From: an uncultured Rhabdochlamydiaceae bacterium
GTDB lineage: Bacteria > Chlamydiota > Chlamydiia > Chlamydiales > Rhabdochlamydiaceae
Assembly: GCA_963712275.1 (NCBI GenBank)
Contig: CAVQHD010000001.1
Coordinates: 928,001-992,000 of the forward strand
Reading direction: 5' to 3'
Length of the DNA: 64,000 nt
The position numbers and the translations under genes are program-made. The notes beneath the pieces are model-generated. The model saw only the letters and a program-made list of their open reading frames with translations, was not told the DNA's origin and searched no databases. Positions 28,034-38,744 of the stretch are shown in pieces. Within the stretch, counting starts at the first letter, position 1. The number at the start of each line of letters is the position of its first letter.

Positions 28034-31000
28034 ATATCTCTGCGCCCTTTATCCGCCGCCCTGTCATGACAACCCTTGTCATAGGCGCAATTCTTTTGCT
28101 GGGTTTTCTAGCTTTTAAACGGCTTCCTGTGACAGATCTTCCTAATGTTGAGTACCCTCTCATCAACGTACGGGCGATGTACTCGGGCGCCAGCCCGGAA
28201 GTCATGGCCTCTCAAGTAGCGTCGCCTCTTGAGAAAGAGCTCTTGCGCATCAACGGAGTTAAAAATATCTATTCGCAAAGCAGCCGCGGGATGTCGTGGA
28301 TCACAGTCGTCTTCAAGCTCGACCGCGATATTAATGAAGCTGTTCAAGATGTTCAAGTTGCACTGAGGCGCGCTGACGCTACTCTTCCGCCGGATATGGA
28401 CGAGAGGCCCCTCTATTTTAAGGCAAATGCTCATGGCGAAAGTATTATTTATTTGATCCTCTCCTCCGATACCGCCTCTTTAGCAGAACTCTACGACATT
28501 GCACACCAGCGAATTGAACAGCGGATTGCGCGTATTGACGGTGTTGGCAAAGTTGAAGTGCACGGCTCTCCCTACGCCATAAGAATACATTTGAATCCAG
28601 AAAATCTCGCGGCGCGAGGGCTCACATTTGAAGAGGTGACGCGAGCCATCACTCAGGCCACAGGAAGCGCTCCCCTTGGAAGCCTCGATACGGAAGGGCG
28701 CAAGTTCACGCTCGAAATTCCGAGCCAAATGAATAATGCAGCCGATTTCCAAAATCTTGCAATAACCCCGCAGATCCGTTTAAAAGAGATTGCCACTGCT
28801 CGTGATGGGCTGGAAAAAGAGGAGATTTTTCACTATCTTACCCCGGAGAAGAATTCCCCCGCTGTGATTCTAGGGATCCAAAAGCAAAACACGGCTAATG
28901 CCGTACGTATTTCACAAGATCTGCAAAAAATGCTTCCCGAGATTCAGGCGGAACTCCCGCCTTCGATACATCTCCTCCACTGGTTTGACAAAACGAACTG
29001 GATTAAAGAAGCCATTGAAGATGTTGAATGGTCTCTTATCTTCTCATTCGCGCTTGTCGTAGGCGTGGTTTTCTTTAGCTTACGCAGAGCGCGTGAAACG
29101 ATGATCGCTGCTACCGCGCTTCCGCTCTCTGTAATCGGGACTTTCATTGTCATGCAGCTGCTCAATTTTAATTTGGACATTCTCTCTCTTCTAGCCCTCA
29201 CCCTTTCCATGGGGTTTGTGATCGACGATGCGATTGTTGTTCTCGAAAATATCGTTCGCCACCAGGAAAAAGGGGTTCATAGACTTGAGGCATCGCTTGT
29301 TGGCTCAAAGCAAATTAGTTTTACCGTTTTATCGATGACGCTATCGCTAGTCGCTGTCTTTATTCCTCTTCTCTTCATGCAAGATGTCACTGGACGTCTT
29401 TTTCGAGAATTCAGCATTACTCTGGCTGTTGCCATTCTAATCTCAGGTTTTGTTTCTCTCTTTTTAACGCCGATGCTCTGTAGTCGATTTTTATCCCCGC
29501 ATATCGAGATTAAAGAACGTAAAAGCTTTCTGCTCACAATCTATAAACCTGCCCTCAACTGGTGTTTAAATCATAAGAAAATAACTCTTGCCTTGAGCAT
29601 CATGACGGTAGGGCTTACCGTCTTCTTCTTTCGTTTCCTCCCTATTACCTTATTCCCAGAAGAAGATCGAGGGACCCTCTGGAGCTTTGTGCAGATGCCT
29701 AGCGGCATGTCCAAATCTCAATCCGATGTCTACCAACAGCAACTCAATGCAATTATTCAAAAAAATCAAGCCGTTGAAAGCTTCATTGCGCTGAATTTCA
29801 AAGATTTTCAGATCTATTTTATCCACCTACTCGAAGCTTCCCACCGTCCTCCGCAGGCTGTTGTGATTAGCGAGCTGCAAAACCAATTAAATGCCGTTCC
29901 TGGAACCACCGCTTTTTTACGGGGAATGCAACTGATTTCTGCTGATGGAGGTAGTGGATTTTCAAGAAATAGTTATTCTTTTACCCTCAAAGGTCCCGAT
30001 CTTGATCAGGTTCGCTTGGGTGGCGAAGCTCTTAAGAAAAGACTTTTAGCTCACCCAATGTTTATAAATCCTGACTTAAGCCTTAAAGCCGATGATCCCA
30101 AGCTGCAAGTCAGAGTCTTTGAAGATCAGGCCCAAAAACTTGGACTTACGCGCCAAACAATCCAAACGCTCCTTCAAAATGCCTACAGTGGAACAAGTGT
30201 TGGAAAAATCGACAAAGGATCTGAACAATACAAGGTGTTTGTTGAACTCGACTCTGAATTTCAAAAAAGCACTTCAGCATTGGCTAAGCTCTATCTTAAA
30301 ACACCAGAAGGTGCATCGGTTCCTCTCAAAGCTGTCGCCTCTTGGAAAGAGGGAGTCGGTCTTCAAACGGTTGAACATCTTAATGCTCTCCCTTCAACAG
30401 CGGTATTTTTTGATATCGCAAAAGATGTGAAATCTCAAGATGCCTTCGCAGAGCTCAAAAAAATCGCAGCCGAAACTCTTCCCCCCTCCGTCACCGGTCA
30501 GTTTGAAGGAGTCGCCGATATCATGGACAACACCTCAAAAGATACCCTTTGGCTCCTCATTCTTGCTGTTGCAGCCATGTATATTGTCCTCGGTGTTCTC
30601 TACGAAAGCTTTATCCACCCTTTCACCATCCTCTCAGCGCTCCCATTTGCCTGTCTTGGAGGAGTTCTCACACTACTGATCTTCCGCGAGCCTCTCTCCC
30701 TATACAGCATGGTCGGCTTTCTCCTGCTTATCGGAATTGTCAAGAAAAATGGAATCATGATGATCGACTATGCTCTTGAATTACAGAAAAATGAAGCCTC
30801 CTCTCCGCTTGAGGCCATACGAGAAGCTTGTATTGTTCGATTTCGCCCTATCATGATGACAACCATTGCCGCAGTGATGGGCGCTCTTCCGATTGCAATA
30901 GGTATCGGAGCGGGAGCCGAAACGCGCCGAGGTCTTGGACTCGTTATTGCAGGCGGTCTTTTATTCTCACAATTTCTAACCCTATTTTTAACACCCATCC

Positions 31001-31050
31001 TCTATCTTTATTTAGAAAAAGCACGATCTAAGAGGGTGGGAGAAAGATAA
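28030..31050 (+). CDS. RND efflux permease (MdtB/MdtC-like)
   Basis: FIRRPVMTTL, GFVIDDAIVVLEN, GIVKKNGIMMID and RFRPIMMT. Confidence 0.95.
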   Translation: MNISAPFIRRPVMTTLVIGAILLLGFLAFKRLPVTDLPNVEYPLINVRAMYSGASPEVMASQVASPLEKELLRINGVKNIYSQSSRGMSWITVVFKLDRDINEAVQDVQVALRRADATLPPDMDERPLYFKANAHGESIIYLILSSDTASLAELYDIAHQRIEQRIARIDGVGKVEVHGSPYAIRIHLNPENLAARGLTFEEVTRAITQATGSAPLGSLDTEGRKFTLEIPSQMNNAADFQNLAITPQIRLKEIATARDGLEKEEIFHYLTPEKNSPAVILGIQKQNTANAVRISQDLQKMLPEIQAELPPSIHLLHWFDKTNWIKEAIEDVEWSLIFSFALVVGVVFFSLRRARETMIAATALPLSVIGTFIVMQLLNFNLDILSLLALTLSMGFVIDDAIVVLENIVRHQEKGVHRLEASLVGSKQISFTVLSMTLSLVAVFIPLLFMQDVTGRLFREFSITLAVAILISGFVSLFLTPMLCSRFLSPHIEIKERKSFLLTIYKPALNWCLNHKKITLALSIMTVGLTVFFFRFLPITLFPEEDRGTLWSFVQMPSGMSKSQSDVYQQQLNAIIQKNQAVESFIALNFKDFQIYFIHLLEASHRPPQAVVISELQNQLNAVPGTTAFLRGMQLISADGGSGFSRNSYSFTLKGPDLDQVRLGGEALKKRLLAHPMFINPDLSLKADDPKLQVRVFEDQAQKLGLTRQTIQTLLQNAYSGTSVGKIDKGSEQYKVFVELDSEFQKSTSALAKLYLKTPEGASVPLKAVASWKEGVGLQTVEHLNALPSTAVFFDIAKDVKSQDAFAELKKIAAETLPPSVTGQFEGVADIMDNTSKDTLWLLILAVAAMYIVLGVLYESFIHPFTILSALPFACLGGVLTLLIFREPLSLYSMVGFLLLIGIVKKNGIMMIDYALELQKNEASSPLEAIREACIVRFRPIMMTTIAAVMGALPIAIGIGAGAETRRGLGLVIAGGLLFSQFLTLFLTPILYLYLEKARSKRVGER

Positions 31051-31053
31051 AAA

Positions 31054-32079
31054 ATGATAAATCAAGGTCAAATCCTACTCTACCAAACTGAAGATGGCCG
31101 CCAGCGGATTGAGGTGCGGCTTGAACAAGATACGGTTTGGCTATCACAGATGCTTATGGCTGAACTTTTCCAAACGACTGTCGCAAACATAAATCTCCAT
31201 ATTAGAAATATTTACGAAGAAAAAGAAGTCTCGACAGAGGGAACTATTAAGCAATACTTAATAGTTCGGCAAGAAGGATCGAGAAAGGTCCAAAGGCCTG
31301 TAATCTACTATAATTTGGATACGATCCTTGCAGTTGGCTTTCGCGTTCGATCACATAGAGGAGTCCAGTTTCGCCAATGGGCAAGCCAGTTGCTCAAAGA
31401 ATATATCGTTAAAGGGTTCACTCTAGATGATGAGCGCTTGAGTAATCCTGGCGGGCTTGCTTACTTTGATGAACTTTTGGACCGTATTCGAGCGATTCGA
31501 GCATCGGAGAAGCATTTCTATCAAAAAATACGGGATATCTACACACTGAGCGCCGACTACGATCCTCAACATTCCATGACCCAGGAATTTTTTAAGACCG
31601 TGCAAAATAAGCTTCTCTATGCGGTGACTGGCTTGACAGCTGCGGAGATCATTCATAAGAGGGTAAATGTTGCTCAGCCTAACCTGGGACTGATGACCTG
31701 GGATGGAGCGCGTCGAGGAAAAAAATTGACAAAACGAGACGTAGAGATCGCCAAAAACTACCTAAATCATGATGAAATCAAAAATTTAGAGCAGCTGGTG
31801 AGCCAATACTTGGATTTTGCCGAGCGACAAGCCCACCATCGAAAAGTCATGTATATGGCTGATTGGAAAACTAAGCTCGATGCTTTTCTCCAGCTCAATG
31901 ATGAGAAAATTCTGACTCATGCAGGTTCAATTTCTGCGGAGCTTGCCAAAGAACTGGCTTTAGCTGAATATGAGAAATTCGAAGAATATCATAGAAAGGA
32001 AGAAAGGGTTCAAAGCGCAGCAGAACTCCATGAAACTATCCAGAAAGTAATTACGAATCGAGAAGCATCCGAAGCCTGA
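31054..32079 (+). CDS. RhuM family virulence/DNA-binding protein
   Basis: VWLSQMLMAELFQ, YNLDTILAVGFRVRS and YFDELLDRIRAIRASEK. Confidence 0.9.
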   Translation: MINQGQILLYQTEDGRQRIEVRLEQDTVWLSQMLMAELFQTTVANINLHIRNIYEEKEVSTEGTIKQYLIVRQEGSRKVQRPVIYYNLDTILAVGFRVRSHRGVQFRQWASQLLKEYIVKGFTLDDERLSNPGGLAYFDELLDRIRAIRASEKHFYQKIRDIYTLSADYDPQHSMTQEFFKTVQNKLLYAVTGLTAAEIIHKRVNVAQPNLGLMTWDGARRGKKLTKRDVEIAKNYLNHDEIKNLEQLVSQYLDFAERQAHHRKVMYMADWKTKLDAFLQLNDEKILTHAGSISAELAKELALAEYEKFEEYHRKEERVQSAAELHETIQKVITNREASEA

Positions 32080-32081
32080 GT

Positions 32082-35075
32082 TTACGACTTATCTTGCCCA
32101 TCAACGGCCCACGTCTTCCCTTGAATAGCTGTTTGCAGTTCTCTCTTCACCGTTTGAAGGGTTGTGAGCAGTTCTTGAGCCGATTCAAAAAAGTCAGCGA
32201 TAGGAAGGGGCTTATTAAAACCTTTCACTGCTTCTTTGGTGAGGGCATTTTGGTTGTCTGGTAGATTTTTAACACCGTTATATCGCTCCAAAAGAATTTC
32301 GAGCTTCTCTTGGGTTTCAATGAGGTTTTGAATTGCAAGGCGGTGTTTCTGGAGGTAGTCTTCAAGAGACAAGGGAGTTTCTGTTTCTGCTAACGAAGCA
32401 AGGCATTCCCTGCCCTTTGCAATGGCTTTGTCTAGAGCTTGATAGATAGCTTCCACATCAGTTTTTTCATCAGAAATCAGTTTGCCAATGGGCTTCCTAT
32501 TGTGAACGGCGTTTATGAGTTTTCTTTTATCAGCAGAGAGTATTCCGGATGGAATTTTTCCCTTGATCCATTCATCTTTCACTTGTGTTTGGTCCTCAAG
32601 AATCGCAAGTTGCAATAATAAAGGCTCGACAAGATTCTCTTGTATACTGGGACTTTTCAGAAACTCTTTCCACAGAGTGTGAATATGTCCTGAGATTGCG
32701 CCTAAGTCTTTAACAAATTGACCAAAGTCGGTTTTAGCAATGCGATCTTTTCTCTCTTGTTTGGCTATAGAAATGACAGAATCAGAAGCTGCTTCTTGCT
32801 GAGCTGAAGTTGGAGTTGTCGTTGCGTTTCCAGAGACCTCGGCAATGAGTTGTAAAATGGCGTCATCATCGACGCCTACAAGATCGTCATTGGAGTCGTC
32901 TAAGCTGGGTTCTTCGGAATTACCATCGAGGATGCTTGCAATATCGTCATCATCTAAGTTGGTTCTCTTCAGCGCATCAAGCTCTTCTTCTGCCCGTGCT
33001 AATTTGCGACTAATGTCTTCAATTGTTTTCATGGCGTCTTCTAAAAGGGGCACTTGAATCTTTTCTACGTTATCTAAAGTTTTTTGGAGCTCTTTATTTT
33101 TAAGCTCAAGGCTCTGCTGAGATGCCTTTGCAGAATTTATAAGACTTTCTCTTTCAGCCTCAAAATGCTGTGTAGAGGCCTTTGCAACATCTAATGCAAC
33201 TTGGACTTCCTTTAGAGTGTCTTCAAAATCCTCATTTTGAGTTTCAAGCTGTAGTGCAAGGTCTTGTTTTTCGCTCTCAAGCCGCTCGGCAGAAGAGGTT
33301 GCAGCGCTGAGCTCAGCTTGTACTTGTTCAAGGGCTTCTTCAGTCAATTGTTGTTGAGAGAGAAGATTTTTGTTTTCCTCGGTGAGAGATCTGTTCTTTG
33401 TTTCCATTTCTGCAAGGGCGTCCGATACTGTTTCAACATGCTTGCTTGCAGATCTGAGGTTGTCATCTTGTTCTTGAAGCGCTCGCATAAGAGCTGCTTT
33501 TTTAACCTCAAGCTGTTCGATAGAAGAGGTGGTAGCACTTAACTGAGCTTGGACTTCTTCAAGTTTTTTTTCGGTCGATTTATTCTGAGAGAGAAGAGAT
33601 CTGTTCTTTGTTTCCATATCTGCAAGGTTGCCCGATACTGTTTTAGCATGATCTTGTAGACGTTCAACATCTTCTTTTGATCGGCGCAGTTGAGTTTGCA
33701 ATTGCTCGTTTTTAAGGTTGAGTTGGGTGAACTCTCTATCGAACTTATCACGGGTTTCCTGATCAAAGTTTTTCCACTCTCCCAAGGCTTTTCTGAATTC
33801 GGCTGTTGTTGCCTTATGAAGATCTATTTCTTTTTTCAATTCAGTGTGATAGTGGTTTGTGAGTTCTTGCTCGGTCTGAACTCTTTGATTTAAGGTCTCG
33901 ACTTGTCGAGAGAGGTTATTTTGATTCTGCTCACTGGCCTGGAGTTGCTGCTGTAAATGTTCATTTTCGCTCTGAGTTTTTTGGAGAGCCTCTCGTAGCT
34001 CGGCAATATAGTGGTCTTGGCCTGAAAGCTCTTGATCTAATTGAGTTTGGCGCTTTTCATAACCTTTTTGGAGCTTTTCTAATTCATCGATCTTCTCCTG
34101 GAGAGAAGCGACCTTTTCTGCAGATTGCTGCTCTAGAGAATGGGTTGCTTCTTCCAGCTCTTTTTCTAAAGATGATCTTTCTGCCTCTATTGCTTGGCTT
34201 TTTTGGAATAATTGGTCAATTTCCTGCCGGAGCGCTTGTTGTTCTTGCTGCTGTTTCTCTAGTTCTTGTTGTTGTGCAGTCGTTTGTTGAGTTGCTTTGT
34301 CGAGCTGGACCTGTAATGCTTGCTGCTCGGCTAAAGTCCTTTGATGAGCCTCTTGGAGTTGATTTAGCTGGTCGGTGATTTGGTCATTCTCTTGTCTTAG
34401 AGCTGCAATGGTTCTTTGGTTGTCATCAGCTTGCTCAGTCAGATCTTGAATCTCTCTGTCTTTCAAACGTACAAGAGATTCTTGTCTTTCCAATTGACGC
34501 TGAAGCTCAAGATTTTGTTGTTGGAAGGCTTCCTTAGCTTTACGATCTGCTTGATCGAGTAATCGAAATGTAAGATCGGCAAGCAATCGAGATTGGCGGT
34601 CTAAGATTTTAAGGGCTTCAGAAAGGGCCTGCTCCTGGCCGCCTGCTGGTGAATCATGGAAGTGGCCTACTGCCGTTGGGATAGGAGAAGGATCTTTGTT
34701 AGGCGGGGGGGCGCCCCAGGCTCCACGGACTTTTTCAAGGGTTTTGCGAAGGTGGAATGAAATTTGAGGCGATTGTCCAAGGTTAGTCTTTCCCCCACGG
34801 CTCTCGAAAAGTGTCCAGACGCCTTTCTTCCGCTGTAAAGTGGCGAAATGCTCTTGTTCGCCATTGTTCCAAAGCTCTAGGACCATTTGGTTATTGTGGA
34901 TTGTCAGAGCGTATTCGTCCGTTCCTCGATACTTAAAGTCTTGTGTAACAATGAGATGGACAAGATCGGAGATATCATAGGACCCGTGAAGATTAAGGTG
35001 GTCTAAAGACTCAATAGACTGGAAGGAGGTTCGACCATAGGGGTCGTAACCGCAATTGGTAATTATTGGTAGCAT
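32082..35075 (-). CDS. Large coiled-coil hypothetical protein
   Basis: 997 aa; long Q/E/L heptad region; acidic linker. Confidence 0.75.
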   Translation of the reverse strand: MLPIITNCGYDPYGRTSFQSIESLDHLNLHGSYDISDLVHLIVTQDFKYRGTDEYALTIHNNQMVLELWNNGEQEHFATLQRKKGVWTLFESRGGKTNLGQSPQISFHLRKTLEKVRGAWGAPPPNKDPSPIPTAVGHFHDSPAGGQEQALSEALKILDRQSRLLADLTFRLLDQADRKAKEAFQQQNLELQRQLERQESLVRLKDREIQDLTEQADDNQRTIAALRQENDQITDQLNQLQEAHQRTLAEQQALQVQLDKATQQTTAQQQELEKQQQEQQALRQEIDQLFQKSQAIEAERSSLEKELEEATHSLEQQSAEKVASLQEKIDELEKLQKGYEKRQTQLDQELSGQDHYIAELREALQKTQSENEHLQQQLQASEQNQNNLSRQVETLNQRVQTEQELTNHYHTELKKEIDLHKATTAEFRKALGEWKNFDQETRDKFDREFTQLNLKNEQLQTQLRRSKEDVERLQDHAKTVSGNLADMETKNRSLLSQNKSTEKKLEEVQAQLSATTSSIEQLEVKKAALMRALQEQDDNLRSASKHVETVSDALAEMETKNRSLTEENKNLLSQQQLTEEALEQVQAELSAATSSAERLESEKQDLALQLETQNEDFEDTLKEVQVALDVAKASTQHFEAERESLINSAKASQQSLELKNKELQKTLDNVEKIQVPLLEDAMKTIEDISRKLARAEEELDALKRTNLDDDDIASILDGNSEEPSLDDSNDDLVGVDDDAILQLIAEVSGNATTTPTSAQQEAASDSVISIAKQERKDRIAKTDFGQFVKDLGAISGHIHTLWKEFLKSPSIQENLVEPLLLQLAILEDQTQVKDEWIKGKIPSGILSADKRKLINAVHNRKPIGKLISDEKTDVEAIYQALDKAIAKGRECLASLAETETPLSLEDYLQKHRLAIQNLIETQEKLEILLERYNGVKNLPDNQNALTKEAVKGFNKPLPIADFFESAQELLTTLQTVKRELQTAIQGKTWAVDGQDKS

Positions 35076-35197
35076 TTTTTAACTATTTTATTAAAATTAT
35101 ATTACTAATTTTAATCAAAAAACAATTAAAAGTAAATTATTTATGTTAAATTATAAGTCTTTGATAGAAAGGCTGTTATGAAATCCTAACAAATCGA

Positions 35198-35773
35198 TCA
35201 GACCAGGGTATGAGCTAAAACTTTGTAGGTTAAAGAAAGGGCGGACGTTTGATGAGCGAGTTCAAGGAGGAAACGGATTGAATAGGCTGTCAGTGCCACG
35301 CCTCCCATTGCACATAGCCTCCAGTCCCACAGGCGGAGATTGGTTTTTTGCTCACTCGCTGGTTTAGCTCGATACTGTGCCACTTTATAAACGCCTATAA
35401 TGGTGAGTAAAGATCCTGCAGCAAAGAAGATGACGCTGCCTCTCAGAGCGTTTGCTGTGTTATTCATGATCTCGCTAATATCGAGCAGTGACTTAGCAAA
35501 GGGTTTAAGATCATCACTGAGTTGAGACAACCGGTTTGCAAAAGAAGACTGAGTTTTTTGGATGAGTTCGTAGAGGTCAAAATTTAAAAGAACGGCTTTT
35601 AAATTGTCTGCGTGGAGAATGAGGCCGTTTGCCGATAAGTTAAAAACATTTTGAATGGTAGGTGGAAGAGGGGTTTGTAGAGGTAGGTTTTCGGGGGGTA
35701 GGTTGGAAAGTTCTCTTGCAATTGCTGTGATTAGCTCAGCTCCTCGGCTGAACTCTACACTTAAAGTAGTCAT
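35198..35773 (-). CDS. Hypothetical membrane protein
   Basis: 191 aa; two hydrophobic segments; GGAG RBS. Confidence 0.65.
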   Translation of the reverse strand: MTTLSVEFSRGAELITAIARELSNLPPENLPLQTPLPPTIQNVFNLSANGLILHADNLKAVLLNFDLYELIQKTQSSFANRLSQLSDDLKPFAKSLLDISEIMNNTANALRGSVIFFAAGSLLTIIGVYKVAQYRAKPASEQKTNLRLWDWRLCAMGGVALTAYSIRFLLELAHQTSALSLTYKVLAHTLV

Positions 35774-35832
35774 TTTTATTTCTCCAAAGTTTAGAAAAAA
35801 TTATAAACGGCTATAGTACTTTTTCACAAGAT

Positions 35833-38043
35833 CTAAAAATAAGTTGAAAGGGGGTCGACATCGATGAGAAGGCGGATTTTGCGAGAAGGGGGTAGGTTTT
35901 TTAAAAGGTCGGTGACTGGGCGAGTCGATTCCCCCTTGATCAAACACTGGAAGCGGAATTGATTTTTGATCTTGGCGTAGCCGCAGGGGATCAAGGGTTC
36001 GAGCTCAAAGGTGTGGGGGAGCCTTTGAATGAGCTGGGCTCTGATGTGCTCAGCATATTGTTGGACGGTCTCTGGGTTTTCTCCTGAAAAGACGAGTTTT
36101 ACTAGGTGGCAAAAAGGGGGAAATCGAAAGGTCTCCCGGACTTTGATCTCTTCTTGATAGAAGGCAGGGTAGTCGAGCTTGGTGGCATGTTCAAACAGTG
36201 GATGGTGAGGAAGAAGGGTTTGTAAAATGACCTCTCCTTTTAAATGGCTTCGTCCTGCCCGGCCTGAGACCTGGGTTATGAGCTGGAAGAGATTTTCTGT
36301 TGCCCGAAAGTCGGGGATATGAAGCGCGAGATCGGGATTTAAAATACCGACGAGGGTGACGGAGGGGAAGTGAAGTCCTTTTGCGATCATTTGGGTTCCA
36401 ATTAAGACGTCGGCTTTGCCAGCACGAAACTGCTTGAAGAGGCGGTCATGGCTTCCTTTATGGCGGGTGGTATCGGCATCGAGCCTTAAGGTTCGAATCG
36501 AGGGAAAGATGGCGTGCAGGGATCGCTCGACATGTTCGGTTCCAGCTCCTTTAAATTTAAACGTTCCTTGCTCTTGGCAGGAGGGGCATTTGGAGAGGGG
36601 GTGGGTTTTATAGTGGCAGAGGTGGCATGAGAGGATGTTCTCCCCCTTATGAAAGGTCAGTGTGATAGAGCAGGAGGGGCAGCGGATCATCTCTCCGCAT
36701 GCCTCGCAGATAGCAGATGTGTGAAACCCTCGTCGATTGAGAAAGAGAAGGGTTTGTTCTCCAAGCTCTAACCGTTTCTTAATTCCATCCAGGAGTTTTT
36801 CTGAAAATAGAGTAGCGCCGCGGGCTTTTCCATATTCGAGTTTCATGTTCACAGTATGAACCGTGGGTAAAGTCGCTTGGTCTGCTCTTTGCGAAAGGGG
36901 ATTGAGATGGTATTTTTGATTTTGAGTATTGAAATAACTTTCAAGGCTCGGGGTTGCGCTTCCTAAAATGACAGTGGACTGAGTGAGCTTTCCTCGCATG
37001 ATGGCGGCATTACGCCCCTGATAACAGGGCATTTCATCAGATTGTTTGTAAGCTCCATCATGCTCTTCGTCAACGACGATGAGACCTAGATTTTTTAAGG
37101 GGCTGAAAAGAGCAGAACGGGGGCCGACTACAAGGGAAATTTCTCCTTCCCGAATTTTATACCAGCTGTCGCGCCGCTCTCCTGCGCTGAGCCGATGGTG
37201 GAGAATAGCAACCTTCTCTTGAAATCGGCTTCTAAGCCTTTCGACTGTTTGGGAGGTGAGAGCAATTTCAGGGACGAGGAAAAGGGCTGATTTCCCTTGA
37301 GAGAGAGCAGCATCAATGGCTTGAAGGTAGACTTCTGTTTTCCCGCTTCCTGTAATGCCAAACAGAAGATGGGTTTGGAATGTCCCGCTTTGAAGGGAGG
37401 TTAAAATCGATGTGAGTGCTGCTTGCTGCTCCCCGCTGAGCTGTTTAGGTTTTGTCGGAAAAAAATCGTGCTCGGCAAGAGGAGTACGGTCAATAGTGAG
37501 AGGAGTGAGTGCAATGACCCCTTGTTTTTCAAGAGAACTTAGAGGGGCTCTAGACGCCTCTGCTCTTTCGAGGAGCTCTGTCAAAAGGATTCCTTTGGGT
37601 GATTGGAGAAGCGTCTCTAGAAGTTTCCGTTGAGGCCCACTTTTCTGCAGACAGAGCTCTACAAGCTGAGGTTTTGAGAGCAGGGACTTTACAAAGAGCT
37701 GCTGCTTTTCTTCCATTCCTTGCCGAACAGGAGGGGGAAGCATCTGTTTGAGGACTTTGAAAAAGGGAGCGCAATAATAGCTGGCGATCCAAAGGGCAAG
37801 TTTAAGAAGGTCGGTGGGGATTGAAGCTAGTGGTGGAAGCACCTCGGAGATAACGGATGTTCGAGAGACTTCAGAGCTCTCTTTGATGGAGAGAACTGTT
37901 CCAAAACAGGGGCGGCCTCGCACCGTTACCTTAACCCGCATTCCAGGCTCCACTTTCCCCAAATTCTCAGGAGGGATCTCATAATCCAGCGGTTTAGGAA
38001 CGGCTACGTCAACGACGATAGCTGCATATTTAGGGTGTTCCAT
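35833..38043 (-). CDS. priA: Primosomal protein N'
   Basis: Motifs GITGSGKTEVY and VDEEHD, CxxC pairs; start MEHPKY at 38043. Confidence 0.96.
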   Translation of the reverse strand: MEHPKYAAIVVDVAVPKPLDYEIPPENLGKVEPGMRVKVTVRGRPCFGTVLSIKESSEVSRTSVISEVLPPLASIPTDLLKLALWIASYYCAPFFKVLKQMLPPPVRQGMEEKQQLFVKSLLSKPQLVELCLQKSGPQRKLLETLLQSPKGILLTELLERAEASRAPLSSLEKQGVIALTPLTIDRTPLAEHDFFPTKPKQLSGEQQAALTSILTSLQSGTFQTHLLFGITGSGKTEVYLQAIDAALSQGKSALFLVPEIALTSQTVERLRSRFQEKVAILHHRLSAGERRDSWYKIREGEISLVVGPRSALFSPLKNLGLIVVDEEHDGAYKQSDEMPCYQGRNAAIMRGKLTQSTVILGSATPSLESYFNTQNQKYHLNPLSQRADQATLPTVHTVNMKLEYGKARGATLFSEKLLDGIKKRLELGEQTLLFLNRRGFHTSAICEACGEMIRCPSCSITLTFHKGENILSCHLCHYKTHPLSKCPSCQEQGTFKFKGAGTEHVERSLHAIFPSIRTLRLDADTTRHKGSHDRLFKQFRAGKADVLIGTQMIAKGLHFPSVTLVGILNPDLALHIPDFRATENLFQLITQVSGRAGRSHLKGEVILQTLLPHHPLFEHATKLDYPAFYQEEIKVRETFRFPPFCHLVKLVFSGENPETVQQYAEHIRAQLIQRLPHTFELEPLIPCGYAKIKNQFRFQCLIKGESTRPVTDLLKNLPPSRKIRLLIDVDPLSTYF

Positions 38044-38744
38044 AATTTCCGTTTGCGTTCGGGATCTTTGAGATAAAAGAGGCTGGATTCGAGGAAAAGA
38101 AGGGGATGATTTCCTAAATACGACTGCATTGTCGATCCATTTTGATGGTAGTGCGTCGTAAGGGATGTTGTCTTCCAGGAGGACCATGGAGAGGAGATCA
38201 CTTGTTTTAGAGCCTTGCTGCTCAAAAGTAGATTCCATCCCTGCTCTTTTTCAAAGAGGGATCCTTCGATGAGCTGAGCTGGCATCAGAAGGTTGTTAAT
38301 CGCTTGTGTCAATTGACGTAAAAATTCGAGGCCAGGGCCGATTTCTCCAAAAGCGATGACAACGACAGGCGATGTGAGGTAGGTCTCCTCCCAAAGGCGA
38401 GACCTCTTTTGGGCCGCTGTATCATCAGGGATTGTTTTTCGAAGGGGTAGGTCTGGTAGGACTTTTTCAACCCACAAGTGCATTCCGGGGTCTATACTTG
38501 AGCCCATTTTTTCTATTTTTTTGGGGGGGGCTTCTTTGATTTCTGGCTGCACAGGAGGGCGGGGCGGAGCTGACGGGCCCTTAAGGTGAATTGGAAGGTG
38601 AATCGGTTTCTTCTCGCTAGAGGGAGTTGTAAAACTTTTTTTGGAGGCAAAATAAGCGCATTCTTCAGCTGTCGCAAAGACAGAGGAAGTTGTTCTTGCC
38701 ATCTCCTGAAGAAATACTAAAGTGTCTTGGATGAGTGTGTCCAT
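38004..38744 (-). CDS. Conserved chlamydial hypothetical protein upstream of priA
   Basis: Ends YLKDPERKRKLWNTL; overlaps the priA start; start MDTLIQ. Confidence 0.65.
   Translation of the reverse strand: MDTLIQDTLVFLQEMARTTSSVFATAEECAYFASKKSFTTPSSEKKPIHLPIHLKGPSAPPRPPVQPEIKEAPPKKIEKMGSSIDPGMHLWVEKVLPDLPLRKTIPDDTAAQKRSRLWEETYLTSPVVVIAFGEIGPGLEFLRQLTQAINNLLMPAQLIEGSLFEKEQGWNLLLSSKALKQVISSPWSSWKTTSLTTHYHQNGSTMQSYLGNHPLLFLESSLFYLKDPERKRKLWNTLNMQLSSLT

Noticed and set aside
38044..38238. N-terminal extensions in the ORF track for priA (and similarly trmD, gmk, truA, htpX)
   Set aside because: They overlap neighbouring genes or promoter regions and lack family similarity; downstream starts are preferred.
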